A DNA stretch of 64,000 bases from an uncultured virus (IMG/VR IMGVR_UViG_2061766007_001347) (taxonomy: Duplodnaviria; Heunggongvirae; Uroviricota; Caudoviricetes), in the IMG/VR virus record IMGVR_UViG_2061766007_001347; one strand, written 5' to 3'. The position numbers and the translations under genes are program-made. Within the stretch, counting starts at the first letter, position 1; the number at the start of each line of letters is the position of its first letter. Below the pieces are notes generated by a model. The model saw only the letters and a program-made list of their open reading frames with translations, ran no database searches and was not told the DNA's origin. Positions 55,946 to 64,000 of this stretch are shown here, piece by piece.

Positions 55946-58453
55946 TTATACCACACCCTCTTCTTCAAGAGTTGTAGCTGTTGAATAAATTGTGTAGGTG
56001 AGATCGAAGATTTCAGCTGACTGATAGAAGATAAGAGAGATGTTACCTTTGATCATACGGTTAGCAATCTCTTCATCAGAGGTTGTATCTGTACCCATCT
56101 TAACATCATACTCTCTCAAAGCATTTGCAGCTTTCAAAGGCTCTAAGATGTAATTGGTAACATAATTCTTCCAAGTGTCCCAAAGAACCATACTATTGAT
56201 TGAGAACTTCAACTTCTCAGTATACTCATCAATTGTGCTACGGATGTAGACCAATGTACGAGCAATATGAGCAGCATTAAGATCTGTGTAACCAGCGTTT
56301 AGAGTTTCATTTCCAAAGATCTGAATACCTCTTGTACCAGTATCATAGATTGGATTGATTCTGCACTGAACTAATTGATCTCTATTAGCTTTTGTCTTTG
56401 GATTTATAACAATTTCGCAAGTTTCAGGAAGAGTACCATATTGATCACCAGCAACTGGATAATGAACACCACGCTCACGGTAAGAAGTCATGATGTTATT
56501 TATTACTAAGTTTGCTGGAGCAGTTAGAACTTTAACAGATTTAGCTAAGCCATTTTCAATAGCTGTGCATTGTTGTTTAAGCCATGAGAAATAAATCTCA
56601 AGATAGAAGCTCTGAATTGAATAGTCAACTGTATTAGAAGCGCCATATTCCCAGAGATCCATGTAATCTTTTTGTGAAGTTACCCAGTCGCAAGCATCAT
56701 CAACTGTAAATGGAGTAGTATCTAAAATACTCTTGCAGAACGGAGTTGATAGAACAACTGTGCAATCCTTACGCTCGCAAGCAATTTGCTTTAGATTGTA
56801 ATGAAGTGCTCTACGCTCTTCATGGTTTGGAGCATAGACACCATCATCTGAACCAGCTCTATCTTCGTCTTCCATGTCACGAGAAACTGGAGCAGTTAGA
56901 TCTGCCATTAGGCACCCAACATATTTCTTAGCTTTATACTGTTCCAAAGCTGCAATGTAATCATTCATTGAAACTTTGAATAGAGGCTCACTAATTGTTA
57001 CAGGCTGTTCTAGCTCTACTGGATTCTTTAATGGAGCTGCCCAATTCCCGCTGTCTAAACAATATCTCTCAAGTAGATCATTTACTATTGAGTTAGCTCC
57101 ACGGTCTTTATCTGGGCAAGCGCCGGCCGTGTCTTTGTCAATTAACTCAAAACGAACAGCTGTCCCTAATGAAGAGTTTAGATTGTTAACAATGCTCTGG
57201 TTTGTTGTTGTCTGCTCAAGTTTGATCTTCGCAGAACCAAGAGTGTTCTTGCCGCCATTGTTCTTAACTGCAACGTTTAGATAGTAAACATGTAGTGAAT
57301 ATGGCTTTGTCTGTGAAAGATAAACATCAAAAGTAAGATCTTCAGCCATTGATGAGTAAGCAATCAATGAGTGAGATGCTCTTGTAACACCATTGATGTC
57401 AAAGACTTTAAGTTCACCACTATCGACTAGCTTACCATCTAGTGTGCTCTCTAATGTGGCTTTAGTTTCATCAGCAGCTAACTCATGTGTAACTGTGATT
57501 TCCAAATAGCCACCGCTGAATTTGTAATCGATCTTAGGAACTCTTGGATCTGGTGTAGCTTCAATGGTGAACGCAGTCTTAAGAGCATTAAGTGCGGAAT
57601 TCAATAGAATGTACTCGTTCTCAAGTTTTGCTGCGCTCTTCAAAGTAAATGAAACTTCATTTTCAGCTGATTCATCGTACTTAATAGTAGTGCTATCTTC
57701 TGGATCAACTACTGCTTTAACCTGAATAGGTTCTGCACCCCAAGTTGGATCAACATAGCCAAATGCTACTACAGTATTAAAGCTAAAGTCGTCAAGAAGA
57801 TCGATCTCTAAATCGAACTTACCATTAGCCTTTGCAACACATTTCCATGTGTACTTACCAGTAAGATCAACACCATCACTAGGATATGGATCACTGTCTG
57901 GGCTACTTGGTTCTACACTATCATCAGCGCCTCTTACAGAGAATGGATCTGAGTAGAATGCAAATTCACCAATCCCTGGCTCTGATGATTCACCATAACC
58001 TCTTACTTTGTCCACAATATATTTATTGTTGACATTCTCCATTACCCAATGGCGTGATCCAGCTGGTACATTTACTAATGGAATCTCAGTCGCATCATCA
58101 GCAGTATCATCCTGACGAACTTTATCAGCTAAGAATGGGAACTCATAAATACCAGACTCACCAGAATTTACTTTTGCAACGTAGCAAGATGTACCATTAC
58201 CAACGACCTGCATAATGCTATAAAGGTCGATGTATTTCTCAGGGTCAATACGAGGATCGCCAAAGTTTGCGATCAAACTCTCTGTGTCACGAATGAGAAT
58301 TGGGCTGTACAATTGATCAGCATTCTTCTCTAATTTTGCTATTGGTGTAATAGCAGCCAAGAGTGGTGTGAAGCTAACTATATTTGGAACAACTGATAAA
58401 TCCTTTACCCTTGATTTAAGATGCGCTGACTCGCGTGTCTCGTTTCTAATCAT
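55946..58453 (-). CDS. contractile tail sheath protein
   Basis: FGDP near the N-terminus; ERKDC, PVAG..YG, RDQL...RINPI, IFGNETL, FSIN in the C-terminal domain. Confidence 0.92.
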   Translation of the reverse strand: MIRNETRESAHLKSRVKDLSVVPNIVSFTPLLAAITPIAKLEKNADQLYSPILIRDTESLIANFGDPRIDPEKYIDLYSIMQVVGNGTSCYVAKVNSGESGIYEFPFLADKVRQDDTADDATEIPLVNVPAGSRHWVMENVNNKYIVDKVRGYGESSEPGIGEFAFYSDPFSVRGADDSVEPSSPDSDPYPSDGVDLTGKYTWKCVAKANGKFDLEIDLLDDFSFNTVVAFGYVDPTWGAEPIQVKAVVDPEDSTTIKYDESAENEVSFTLKSAAKLENEYILLNSALNALKTAFTIEATPDPRVPKIDYKFSGGYLEITVTHELAADETKATLESTLDGKLVDSGELKVFDINGVTRASHSLIAYSSMAEDLTFDVYLSQTKPYSLHVYYLNVAVKNNGGKNTLGSAKIKLEQTTTNQSIVNNLNSSLGTAVRFELIDKDTAGACPDKDRGANSIVNDLLERYCLDSGNWAAPLKNPVELEQPVTISEPLFKVSMNDYIAALEQYKAKKYVGCLMADLTAPVSRDMEDEDRAGSDDGVYAPNHEERRALHYNLKQIACERKDCTVVLSTPFCKSILDTTPFTVDDACDWVTSQKDYMDLWEYGASNTVDYSIQSFYLEIYFSWLKQQCTAIENGLAKSVKVLTAPANLVINNIMTSYRERGVHYPVAGDQYGTLPETCEIVINPKTKANRDQLVQCRINPIYDTGTRGIQIFGNETLNAGYTDLNAAHIARTLVYIRSTIDEYTEKLKFSINSMVLWDTWKNYVTNYILEPLKAANALREYDVKMGTDTTSDEEIANRMIKGNISLIFYQSAEIFDLTYTIYSTATTLEEEGVV

Positions 58454-58476
58454 AGTCTGTATATCTCCTCAACATG

Positions 58477-58902
58477 CTAAGAATTTCTAAGAACTGTCAA
58501 TAACTCAAAGTACTTAAGCTTGCCTTTTTTATAATCTTTATAGTAAGAACTAAAGTCTTTCTCAAGAGTATAATCTCTAGTAAAATCAGAGAAGATACTC
58601 TTTTCACTGTCAGACAGCTTTGACCAAATAGCAGAAAATACATGCTGAACCGTAAATGGAACTATATGAGACGTCAACAAGTGATGTGGCCTATACTGTT
58701 TATTTTCTGCAAAACAAAACAGATGCTCGTTATGCTCTTCGCAAAACAGCTTAGCTGCCTTAGTATTTGTGTTATCGTGAAATGGGCAAAAGCATGAAGT
58801 AGTTCTATCTGGAAAGCTTATACCGGCATATTTTAATAGATATTCAAAAGTGCAAAAATAATCTATCACATTAAGCTCAAGAGCAAAGTCTGCGTTTGCC
58901 AT
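58477..58902 (-). CDS. stand-alone primase-type (CHC2-like) Zn-binding protein
   Basis: CFCPFHDN...LFCF. Confidence 0.65.
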   Translation of the reverse strand: MANADFALELNVIDYFCTFEYLLKYAGISFPDRTTSCFCPFHDNTNTKAAKLFCEEHNEHLFCFAENKQYRPHHLLTSHIVPFTVQHVFSAIWSKLSDSEKSIFSDFTRDYTLEKDFSSYYKDYKKGKLKYFELLTVLRNS

Positions 58903-58911
58903 ATTGATACT

Positions 58912-60111
58912 CTAGTAAGCAATAATTGCTGCTTTAACAGCTGGTAATTTTCCGTATGTCTTAATATTTTCTGAGTTTGTAGCATCATATTCTAGGTTCT
59001 TTGCCTTAAGATTGTCTGCTATAAATTTTCTAAGCTTAAGGAAATTGTCATATGTTTCAGAATCACCATCATTTGTAAACTTCTTATTGATCCATACGCT
59101 TAGTGCATTCTGATTCTTTTCACTTCTTCCACTGTATCTATCATCTTCATCTGGTTTATCTTTCTTAGTATCATCAATGGATTTAACAGAGCCGCCAGTT
59201 ACCTTAGCTAGGTCTAAAACGTTATAGAGAACTTTGAATACTGTTTTCTCAGAAGGTTTTCTAGTACAACCATCTATAGGAGCTATCGCAATACAAATCG
59301 TGTTATCTTCTGAAGAATCTCTATCTGAACCAGAATCCATTGCATATCGGCATCTACCAATAAATGGAGCATTCATTGTGAAGTTGCTATTCGCTGAAAC
59401 TGAGGTCTTTACTTGTGAAACAATGAAGCAGGCTGGATTTGTGTTCTTTATAGCAAGAGTTCTAGCTGATTTAAAGTTCCCTGATTTGATAGCAGCTTTA
59501 ACTGCATCAACATTTGTAACTTTACTGTCTAACAATATAGTCCAAATTGAGTAACCTTCATTTAACAATGAAACTCTGACATGAAGTGTAGTTTTTGCGT
59601 CATTTGTTAGTTTAGGCTCTTCATCATCAACTTTATTACTATCAGACTTATTATCAGCTGGCTTATTTTGTTTTTGATCGCTATTATTTGCTGGAGCTTC
59701 TTGCGGTTGTGCTTGCTGTTGACTTTGATTAGAATATCCATTATTGGTTGTCTCATCTTCAAACACTTTATGAAGTGAGCTATAGGCTTCAAGTATAGAA
59801 TAGTGTCGTCTAATTAAACTATTGTTGTCTTGATTCTCAGACCCAGATTCTGACTGCTGTTCAGAACCAGATGATTGTTCTGCGTTTGACACTGGCTGCT
59901 CTTGCTGAGTCTGTTGTGTAGGCTGAGTCTCTTTATTATCTTCTTCTTGACTGTTATCATTTTCACTAGAAGTGTCTACAAACTCAATCTTACAATTTTT
60001 TGATGACGGCCCAAGTAAAAATGTATTTAATAGTTGTATAGACTTTTTGTCTTGTCGAGTCTCAGCGGTAACTGGGTTATCTGGAAACGTGCAAATTGGT
60101 ATAGAATTCAT
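58912..60111 (-). CDS. hypothetical protein with Q/N/S-rich linker
   Basis: 399 aa ORF; GGAG RBS. Confidence 0.6.
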   Translation of the reverse strand: MNSIPICTFPDNPVTAETRQDKKSIQLLNTFLLGPSSKNCKIEFVDTSSENDNSQEEDNKETQPTQQTQQEQPVSNAEQSSGSEQQSESGSENQDNNSLIRRHYSILEAYSSLHKVFEDETTNNGYSNQSQQQAQPQEAPANNSDQKQNKPADNKSDSNKVDDEEPKLTNDAKTTLHVRVSLLNEGYSIWTILLDSKVTNVDAVKAAIKSGNFKSARTLAIKNTNPACFIVSQVKTSVSANSNFTMNAPFIGRCRYAMDSGSDRDSSEDNTICIAIAPIDGCTRKPSEKTVFKVLYNVLDLAKVTGGSVKSIDDTKKDKPDEDDRYSGRSEKNQNALSVWINKKFTNDGDSETYDNFLKLRKFIADNLKAKNLEYDATNSENIKTYGKLPAVKAAIIAY

Positions 60112-60169
60112 AATCGATTATTCTCCAAACACATGTAGCATGATACTTACACTTACATATATTACTTAG

Positions 60170-60206
60170 ATATACAACAAAACCCTGATAGGCTGAACTA
60201 TCAGGG
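60170..60206 (-). terminator. terminator followed by a TGTATAT box
   Basis: CCCTGATAG/CTATCAGGG stem, then TTTTGTTGTATATCTAA. Confidence 0.72.
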
Positions 60207-60220
60207 CATTGCTAATTTAA

Positions 60221-60478
60221 CTAAAGAGATTGAACATAATTAAGAACGCCAGAGACTGCATCAAGAGCTTTATCTAAAGCAACTCCAGCTTTACTTAATC
60301 CACGTTTAATGCCAGGATTAGCATCTCCAACTGAGACCATCTCATCCTTTAGATCTAAGATTCCATCAAATAGTTTAACTATCTGACCTTCAACATCATT
60401 AGCATATGATTCTTCATTCATCATCTTCTCTAAACGAGAAATTCTTGATTCCAAAATATCTCTTCTACTACGCATCAT
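60221..60478 (-). CDS. leader-family protein (variant)
   Basis: ILESRISRLEKMMNEES. Confidence 0.75.
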   Translation of the reverse strand: MMRSRRDILESRISRLEKMMNEESYANDVEGQIVKLFDGILDLKDEMVSVGDANPGIKRGLSKAGVALDKALDAVSGVLNYVQSL

Positions 60479-60484
60479 GTACCT

Positions 60485-62005
60485 CTATTGCCTCTTCCAA
60501 AGAAAGTTCTTCTTCAGTTCTTTTGTGTCTGAATAATCTATGTCAATATAGTTGCACTCACAGCTATCAAGAGCTCCCATTGACTCATCACCAAGTAAGA
60601 TCTTAATAAGACCAATACGCTTTTTCAAAAGCGTGGTCCTATATGTGTCAATGGTATCTTTGACAGATATAAAATAGATATTCTGAGCATCATATGTAGA
60701 GTCCATACGACAAATTCTTCCGAGTACCTGAACAACTCTACCACAAGAGAATGGGCAGTTCATAATGATAATGTTATTTGCACGCTGAAGATTTCTTGAC
60801 TGTGACGCAGCTTGACTACATAGTATGATTTCTTTTAACCCAAGAGATGATTCAATCTTAGCTCTAGTATCTTCCTTCTCAGCACCGGTAAGTTTATAAA
60901 GAGACTTGAAACCAATCTCATCTTTATTCTGTAGAAGAATTTTTTCTGCAAGCTCGAGTGTGTCAATATACTCAAAGTAGATTAAAGCTGATTCATTCTT
61001 ATTTATGACATCTGTTACAGCTTGACACATTAGCTTCATCTTATTAGAGATAAAGTCAACACCAAGTGAATCATCTGAACCGTCACAAATTCTCTGAAGA
61101 TCATGTAGTCTAGCGCCAAAGTCTTTTGCATCATCTGCCAAACTGGCTGGCTCATCACTCTTTTTCTTAGCTTTCTTTTTCACTTTCTCAGGATGATAGA
61201 GAATATCAAAAAATCCTTTTGCAGCCATAGAATAAAGCTTCTCACACTCTTTATCAAGGTCACACTCAAGGAAATTAAAGTTAACATTATAGTGAACACA
61301 GCCTTTTATGATAAGCTTATCAAGAACACCATTTAATTCTTCCATGTTTTGGAAGCCAATAATTTCGGTGATCTTTCTCTGAACTACAACACCATATCTG
61401 TTCTTCATCCTAATAGTTCTGTCTTGTGTGATGCAATATCTGGCTCTAAATCTAAACCATGACTGAAACACTCTAGGGTAGACAAAATGAAGTACATTAA
61501 ATAAACCCTCAATATCATTCAGTAAAGGTGTAGCTGTCATTGCAATTATCTTCTTACAATAGCATCTAACTTCCCAAGCGGCACTAGCAAACACAGACTT
61601 TGGATTCTGAAGAGAATGAGCTTCATCTATAATTAGATGGCATGTGTTAGTACTAGCAAGAGCTACAAGATCTTCAATGTATTTATTTACAATGGAGTTC
61701 TCAACGATGATGTATCGTCTACTTAAAATATCTGCATACGCAACTGTCTTTCCAGCAGTAACAAATATATAGTCACTTTCTGGAATCTCAAGCTTTGTAG
61801 ACAGCTCTTTCTTAAATGCTGCCCTGGCGGACTTTGGGATAAACAATATGCACTTATCGTTATTATCTTTAAGAAGATCTTCTTTAACATGAGACAAAAC
61901 GCACAGAGTCTTACCACAGCCAGGGGAGAGTGCAAGTATAGCAGCATTCATTGATCTAAGCTTTTCTATTGAGCTCTTCTGAAGATCAGACAATTCAAAT
62001 TTCAT
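60485..62005 (-). CDS. SNF2-like superfamily 2 helicase/ATPase
   Basis: PGCGKT, IIDEAH, MTATP, NLQRAN, QVLGRICR. Confidence 0.9.
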   Translation of the reverse strand: MKFELSDLQKSSIEKLRSMNAAILALSPGCGKTLCVLSHVKEDLLKDNNDKCILFIPKSARAAFKKELSTKLEIPESDYIFVTAGKTVAYADILSRRYIIVENSIVNKYIEDLVALASTNTCHLIIDEAHSLQNPKSVFASAAWEVRCYCKKIIAMTATPLLNDIEGLFNVLHFVYPRVFQSWFRFRARYCITQDRTIRMKNRYGVVVQRKITEIIGFQNMEELNGVLDKLIIKGCVHYNVNFNFLECDLDKECEKLYSMAAKGFFDILYHPEKVKKKAKKKSDEPASLADDAKDFGARLHDLQRICDGSDDSLGVDFISNKMKLMCQAVTDVINKNESALIYFEYIDTLELAEKILLQNKDEIGFKSLYKLTGAEKEDTRAKIESSLGLKEIILCSQAASQSRNLQRANNIIIMNCPFSCGRVVQVLGRICRMDSTYDAQNIYFISVKDTIDTYRTTLLKKRIGLIKILLGDESMGALDSCECNYIDIDYSDTKELKKNFLWKRQ

Positions 62006-62031
62006 ACTTAATAATCCTATGCAAAATAAAA

Positions 62032-62061
62032 CCCAGCAATGAAATATACATCACTACTGGG
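62032..62061 (-). promoter_or_regulatory. terminator hairpin whose loop is the TGTATAT box
   Basis: Minus strand CCCAGTAGTGA-TGTATATT-TCATTGCTGGG-TTTTATTTT, with G-U pairs in the stem. Confidence 0.72.
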
Positions 62062-62090
62062 CTAATGCTAAATCATATGATGTGTAAATA

Positions 62091-62375
62091 TTAAAATTCT
62101 TTCCCGTTCTCTCTATCTTCAAAGATAGAATTAAAGCGATCGTTAGCTTCTTTTGAGAACGAACTTTCGCATACTTTAAGTGCCATATTTACATCATTAT
62201 AATTAGTAATGTCATTATATGCAAGTGTCTTACATAGATCATTTACAATCTGTCTAATACTATCAGCCGCTCTATATACAGCATTAGCAACTTCGTCAGT
62301 AGCTTCATTTCTAATAGATTTACGATTCATCATTCTCTCAAGTCTTGCTATTCTTGCTTCTAATTTCTTATCCAT
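62091..62375 (-). CDS. leader-family protein
   Basis: MDKKLEARIARLERMMNRKSIRNEA. Confidence 0.85.
   Translation of the reverse strand: MDKKLEARIARLERMMNRKSIRNEATDEVANAVYRAADSIRQIVNDLCKTLAYNDITNYNDVNMALKVCESSFSKEANDRFNSIFEDRENGKEF
62337..62375 (-). repeat. leader repeat copy 7
   Basis: ATGGATAAGAAATTAGAAGCAAGAATAGCAAGACTTGAG. Confidence 0.9.
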
Positions 62376-62383
62376 AATTCACC

Positions 62384-63238
62384 TCACAGTGTGTTTAATC
62401 TTTCGATTTTTGACTTAAGGAAGTCACTAAGCTTTACTAATTGATATGTAGAATAGTATTCATCATTGATATTTGTTGTAAGATCATCATCAATAACGTT
62501 CAGCTTCATAATGTCGAAATTGACACTGAATGACTTATGTGCCGCAACTAGTTTTTCTACCCACTTTTTCTCACTATCACTAAATTCCTTTGAGACTGAT
62601 CTTAATTGATCTATAGTTGGACATTCGCCGTCATAACTAACTGAATGAGCTATTGCTGCCGCAAGCTTATGTGGGAACCTTGGAACCGGCGGTCTTAATG
62701 TGTCACTAGCATCTCCAACTATAGCTCTATAAATTGGTAGTCTAATTGGATCTATTTCAAAGAACTTATCAGCGTACTCAAACTTATACGACTCTTCTGT
62801 AACAACTCGATCACTGCCATTGTCTATTACGGTGTCTGGCTTCAAAGCCTGAAATATGTCTTTATCACCAGATAGGATCTTCTTCCTGCCATCAAGAGTA
62901 CGCGATAGCGTGAAGAGAATCTCATCTGATTCATAGTTCATATTGTAGTATATGTTTATTCTATCATTATGAATCAGCCTAACAAATGATGATAAAGCCT
63001 CATAGACACTTCGCTCCCCATCTCGGCAACGATTACCCTTATAAGCTTCGCCAAGAAGACGCCTTCCTTTTGTGTTGCGCCCATCAAGAGCAAGATGAAC
63101 AATAGCATCTTTTCTAGCTAACAACTGCTCAATCTTCTTGCACAGAAAATGAATTTCTGGATATTCTTCCCAGATCTTTGAACAGCTGTAATAGCCACGA
63201 TAAAGAAGCCACGATGTATCGCATAAGTAGTGAATCAT
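62384..63238 (-). CDS. 5'-3' exonuclease (FEN / Pol I N-terminal / T4 RNase H family)
   Basis: DTSWLLYR, YKGNR, ESDE, SGDKD, GDASD. Confidence 0.88.
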   Translation of the reverse strand: MIHYLCDTSWLLYRGYYSCSKIWEEYPEIHFLCKKIEQLLARKDAIVHLALDGRNTKGRRLLGEAYKGNRCRDGERSVYEALSSFVRLIHNDRINIYYNMNYESDEILFTLSRTLDGRKKILSGDKDIFQALKPDTVIDNGSDRVVTEESYKFEYADKFFEIDPIRLPIYRAIVGDASDTLRPPVPRFPHKLAAAIAHSVSYDGECPTIDQLRSVSKEFSDSEKKWVEKLVAAHKSFSVNFDIMKLNVIDDDLTTNINDEYYSTYQLVKLSDFLKSKIERLNTL

Positions 63239-63240
63239 AG

Positions 63241-63915
63241 TTATACCTCTATAACTGATGGGTCGTATGAAACTCTGTAGTCTTCATCTAGAATCGAAAC
63301 ATTCTTAATTTGAGCAATGTTTCCGTTATTTAATGACACTGGCGTCAGCGTGTGATCGCCAGTATGAATATGACCACAGATGTTTAGTAAGATATTCGAT
63401 CTAAGAATCTCATTTCTAAGATCTACTGAGCCAAATTCTCTATTAAACTGTCTAACAAAACCAACGCTTCCAAATCTTGGGGGCTGATGAGTTACTAATA
63501 TATCAGTGTCTTCATCAAACTCATATGTTTGATTATGCTCTTTTGAAAAAGCCCATCCTCTTGGAGACTCACTATTTGGATTTCCATAAAATTTCTTGCC
63601 ATCAATAACAACAGAATCATGGCACAAGTAATGAATCTTGTCTGTCATTTTATGACGTAATAAAATTTTAGCAAGATCTGATCTAAAGAATGCAAACGTA
63701 CAAGCTAAGTCATGATTTCCAGGTATAACCACAACATGATTAGTATTTAACGATTTCATCCATGGAATAAACTTTTTATCCCACCAATCTAGAATTGATG
63801 ATGGATCATGCTGACAATATAGTGGAGACCAGTCACCAGCAATAACTACAACATCACATGGCTCTGTGATTCTATTTAAGTTGCCGTGCTGGTCTGATAA
63901 TGCAACTATTTTCAT
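63241..63915 (-). CDS. calcineurin-like metallophosphoesterase
   Basis: SDQHG, AGD, PGNHD, VTHQPP, GHIH. Confidence 0.9.
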   Translation of the reverse strand: MKIVALSDQHGNLNRITEPCDVVVIAGDWSPLYCQHDPSSILDWWDKKFIPWMKSLNTNHVVVIPGNHDLACTFAFFRSDLAKILLRHKMTDKIHYLCHDSVVIDGKKFYGNPNSESPRGWAFSKEHNQTYEFDEDTDILVTHQPPRFGSVGFVRQFNREFGSVDLRNEILRSNILLNICGHIHTGDHTLTPVSLNNGNIAQIKNVSILDEDYRVSYDPSVIEV

Positions 63916-63941
63916 ATAAGCTCCGCTATGAACACAATAAA

Positions 63942-63973
63942 ATAAAAGGGTATGATATATCATACCCTTTTAT
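63942..63973. repeat. perfect 32-bp palindrome (terminator-like) abutting a TGTATAT box
   Basis: ATAAAAGGGTATGATA-TATCATACCCTTTTAT. Confidence 0.8.
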
Positions 63974-64000
63974 ATACACAGTACTTTAAGTAAAGATAAT

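Noticed and set aside
43410..58453. Bacterial contractile injection system, tailocin or T6SS
   Set aside because: The tail genes are interleaved with phage replication, nucleotide-metabolism and orphan genes, with no bacterial housekeeping context.
852..62375. Leader repeats as a CRISPR array, attC-like sites or DGR repeats
   Set aside because: They are coding, irregularly spaced, non-palindromic and vary mainly at synonymous positions; no cas, integrase or reverse transcriptase gene is in the window.
1..64000. Genome-wide stop codon reassignment
   Set aside because: Conserved genes are full length in the standard code, and TAA, TAG and TGA all end genes next to proper downstream starts.

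Overview
This AT-rich, densely coding, almost entirely minus-strand window looks like part of a large (probably jumbo) contractile-tailed phage genome from an anaerobic host. It holds a tail/baseplate module (sheath, tape measure with NlpC/P60 domain, tube initiator, LysM protein, hub, spike, gp25-like, gp6/J-like wedge, fibre). It also holds replication genes (family A DNA polymerase, separate 5'-3' exonuclease, SNF2 helicase, primase-type Zn finger), nucleotide metabolism genes (nrdD, nrdG, tdk, glyA, thioredoxin), an amidase and many small orphans. Four signals stand out. (1) A conserved peptide tag, MDKKLEARIARLE...NE, is attached to about 15 otherwise dissimilar proteins and is conserved at the protein level; it is a candidate capsid-targeting and maturation-cleavage signal. 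(2) A TGTATAT promoter-like box is repeatedly built into the loop or U-tract of terminator hairpins. (3) A single in-frame TGA joins two ORFs, suggesting stop-codon readthrough. (4) A baseplate protein carries ribosomal L7/L12-like domains. All product calls come from motif recognition by eye; no searches were run. I saw no tRNA, rRNA, CRISPR array or transposase.
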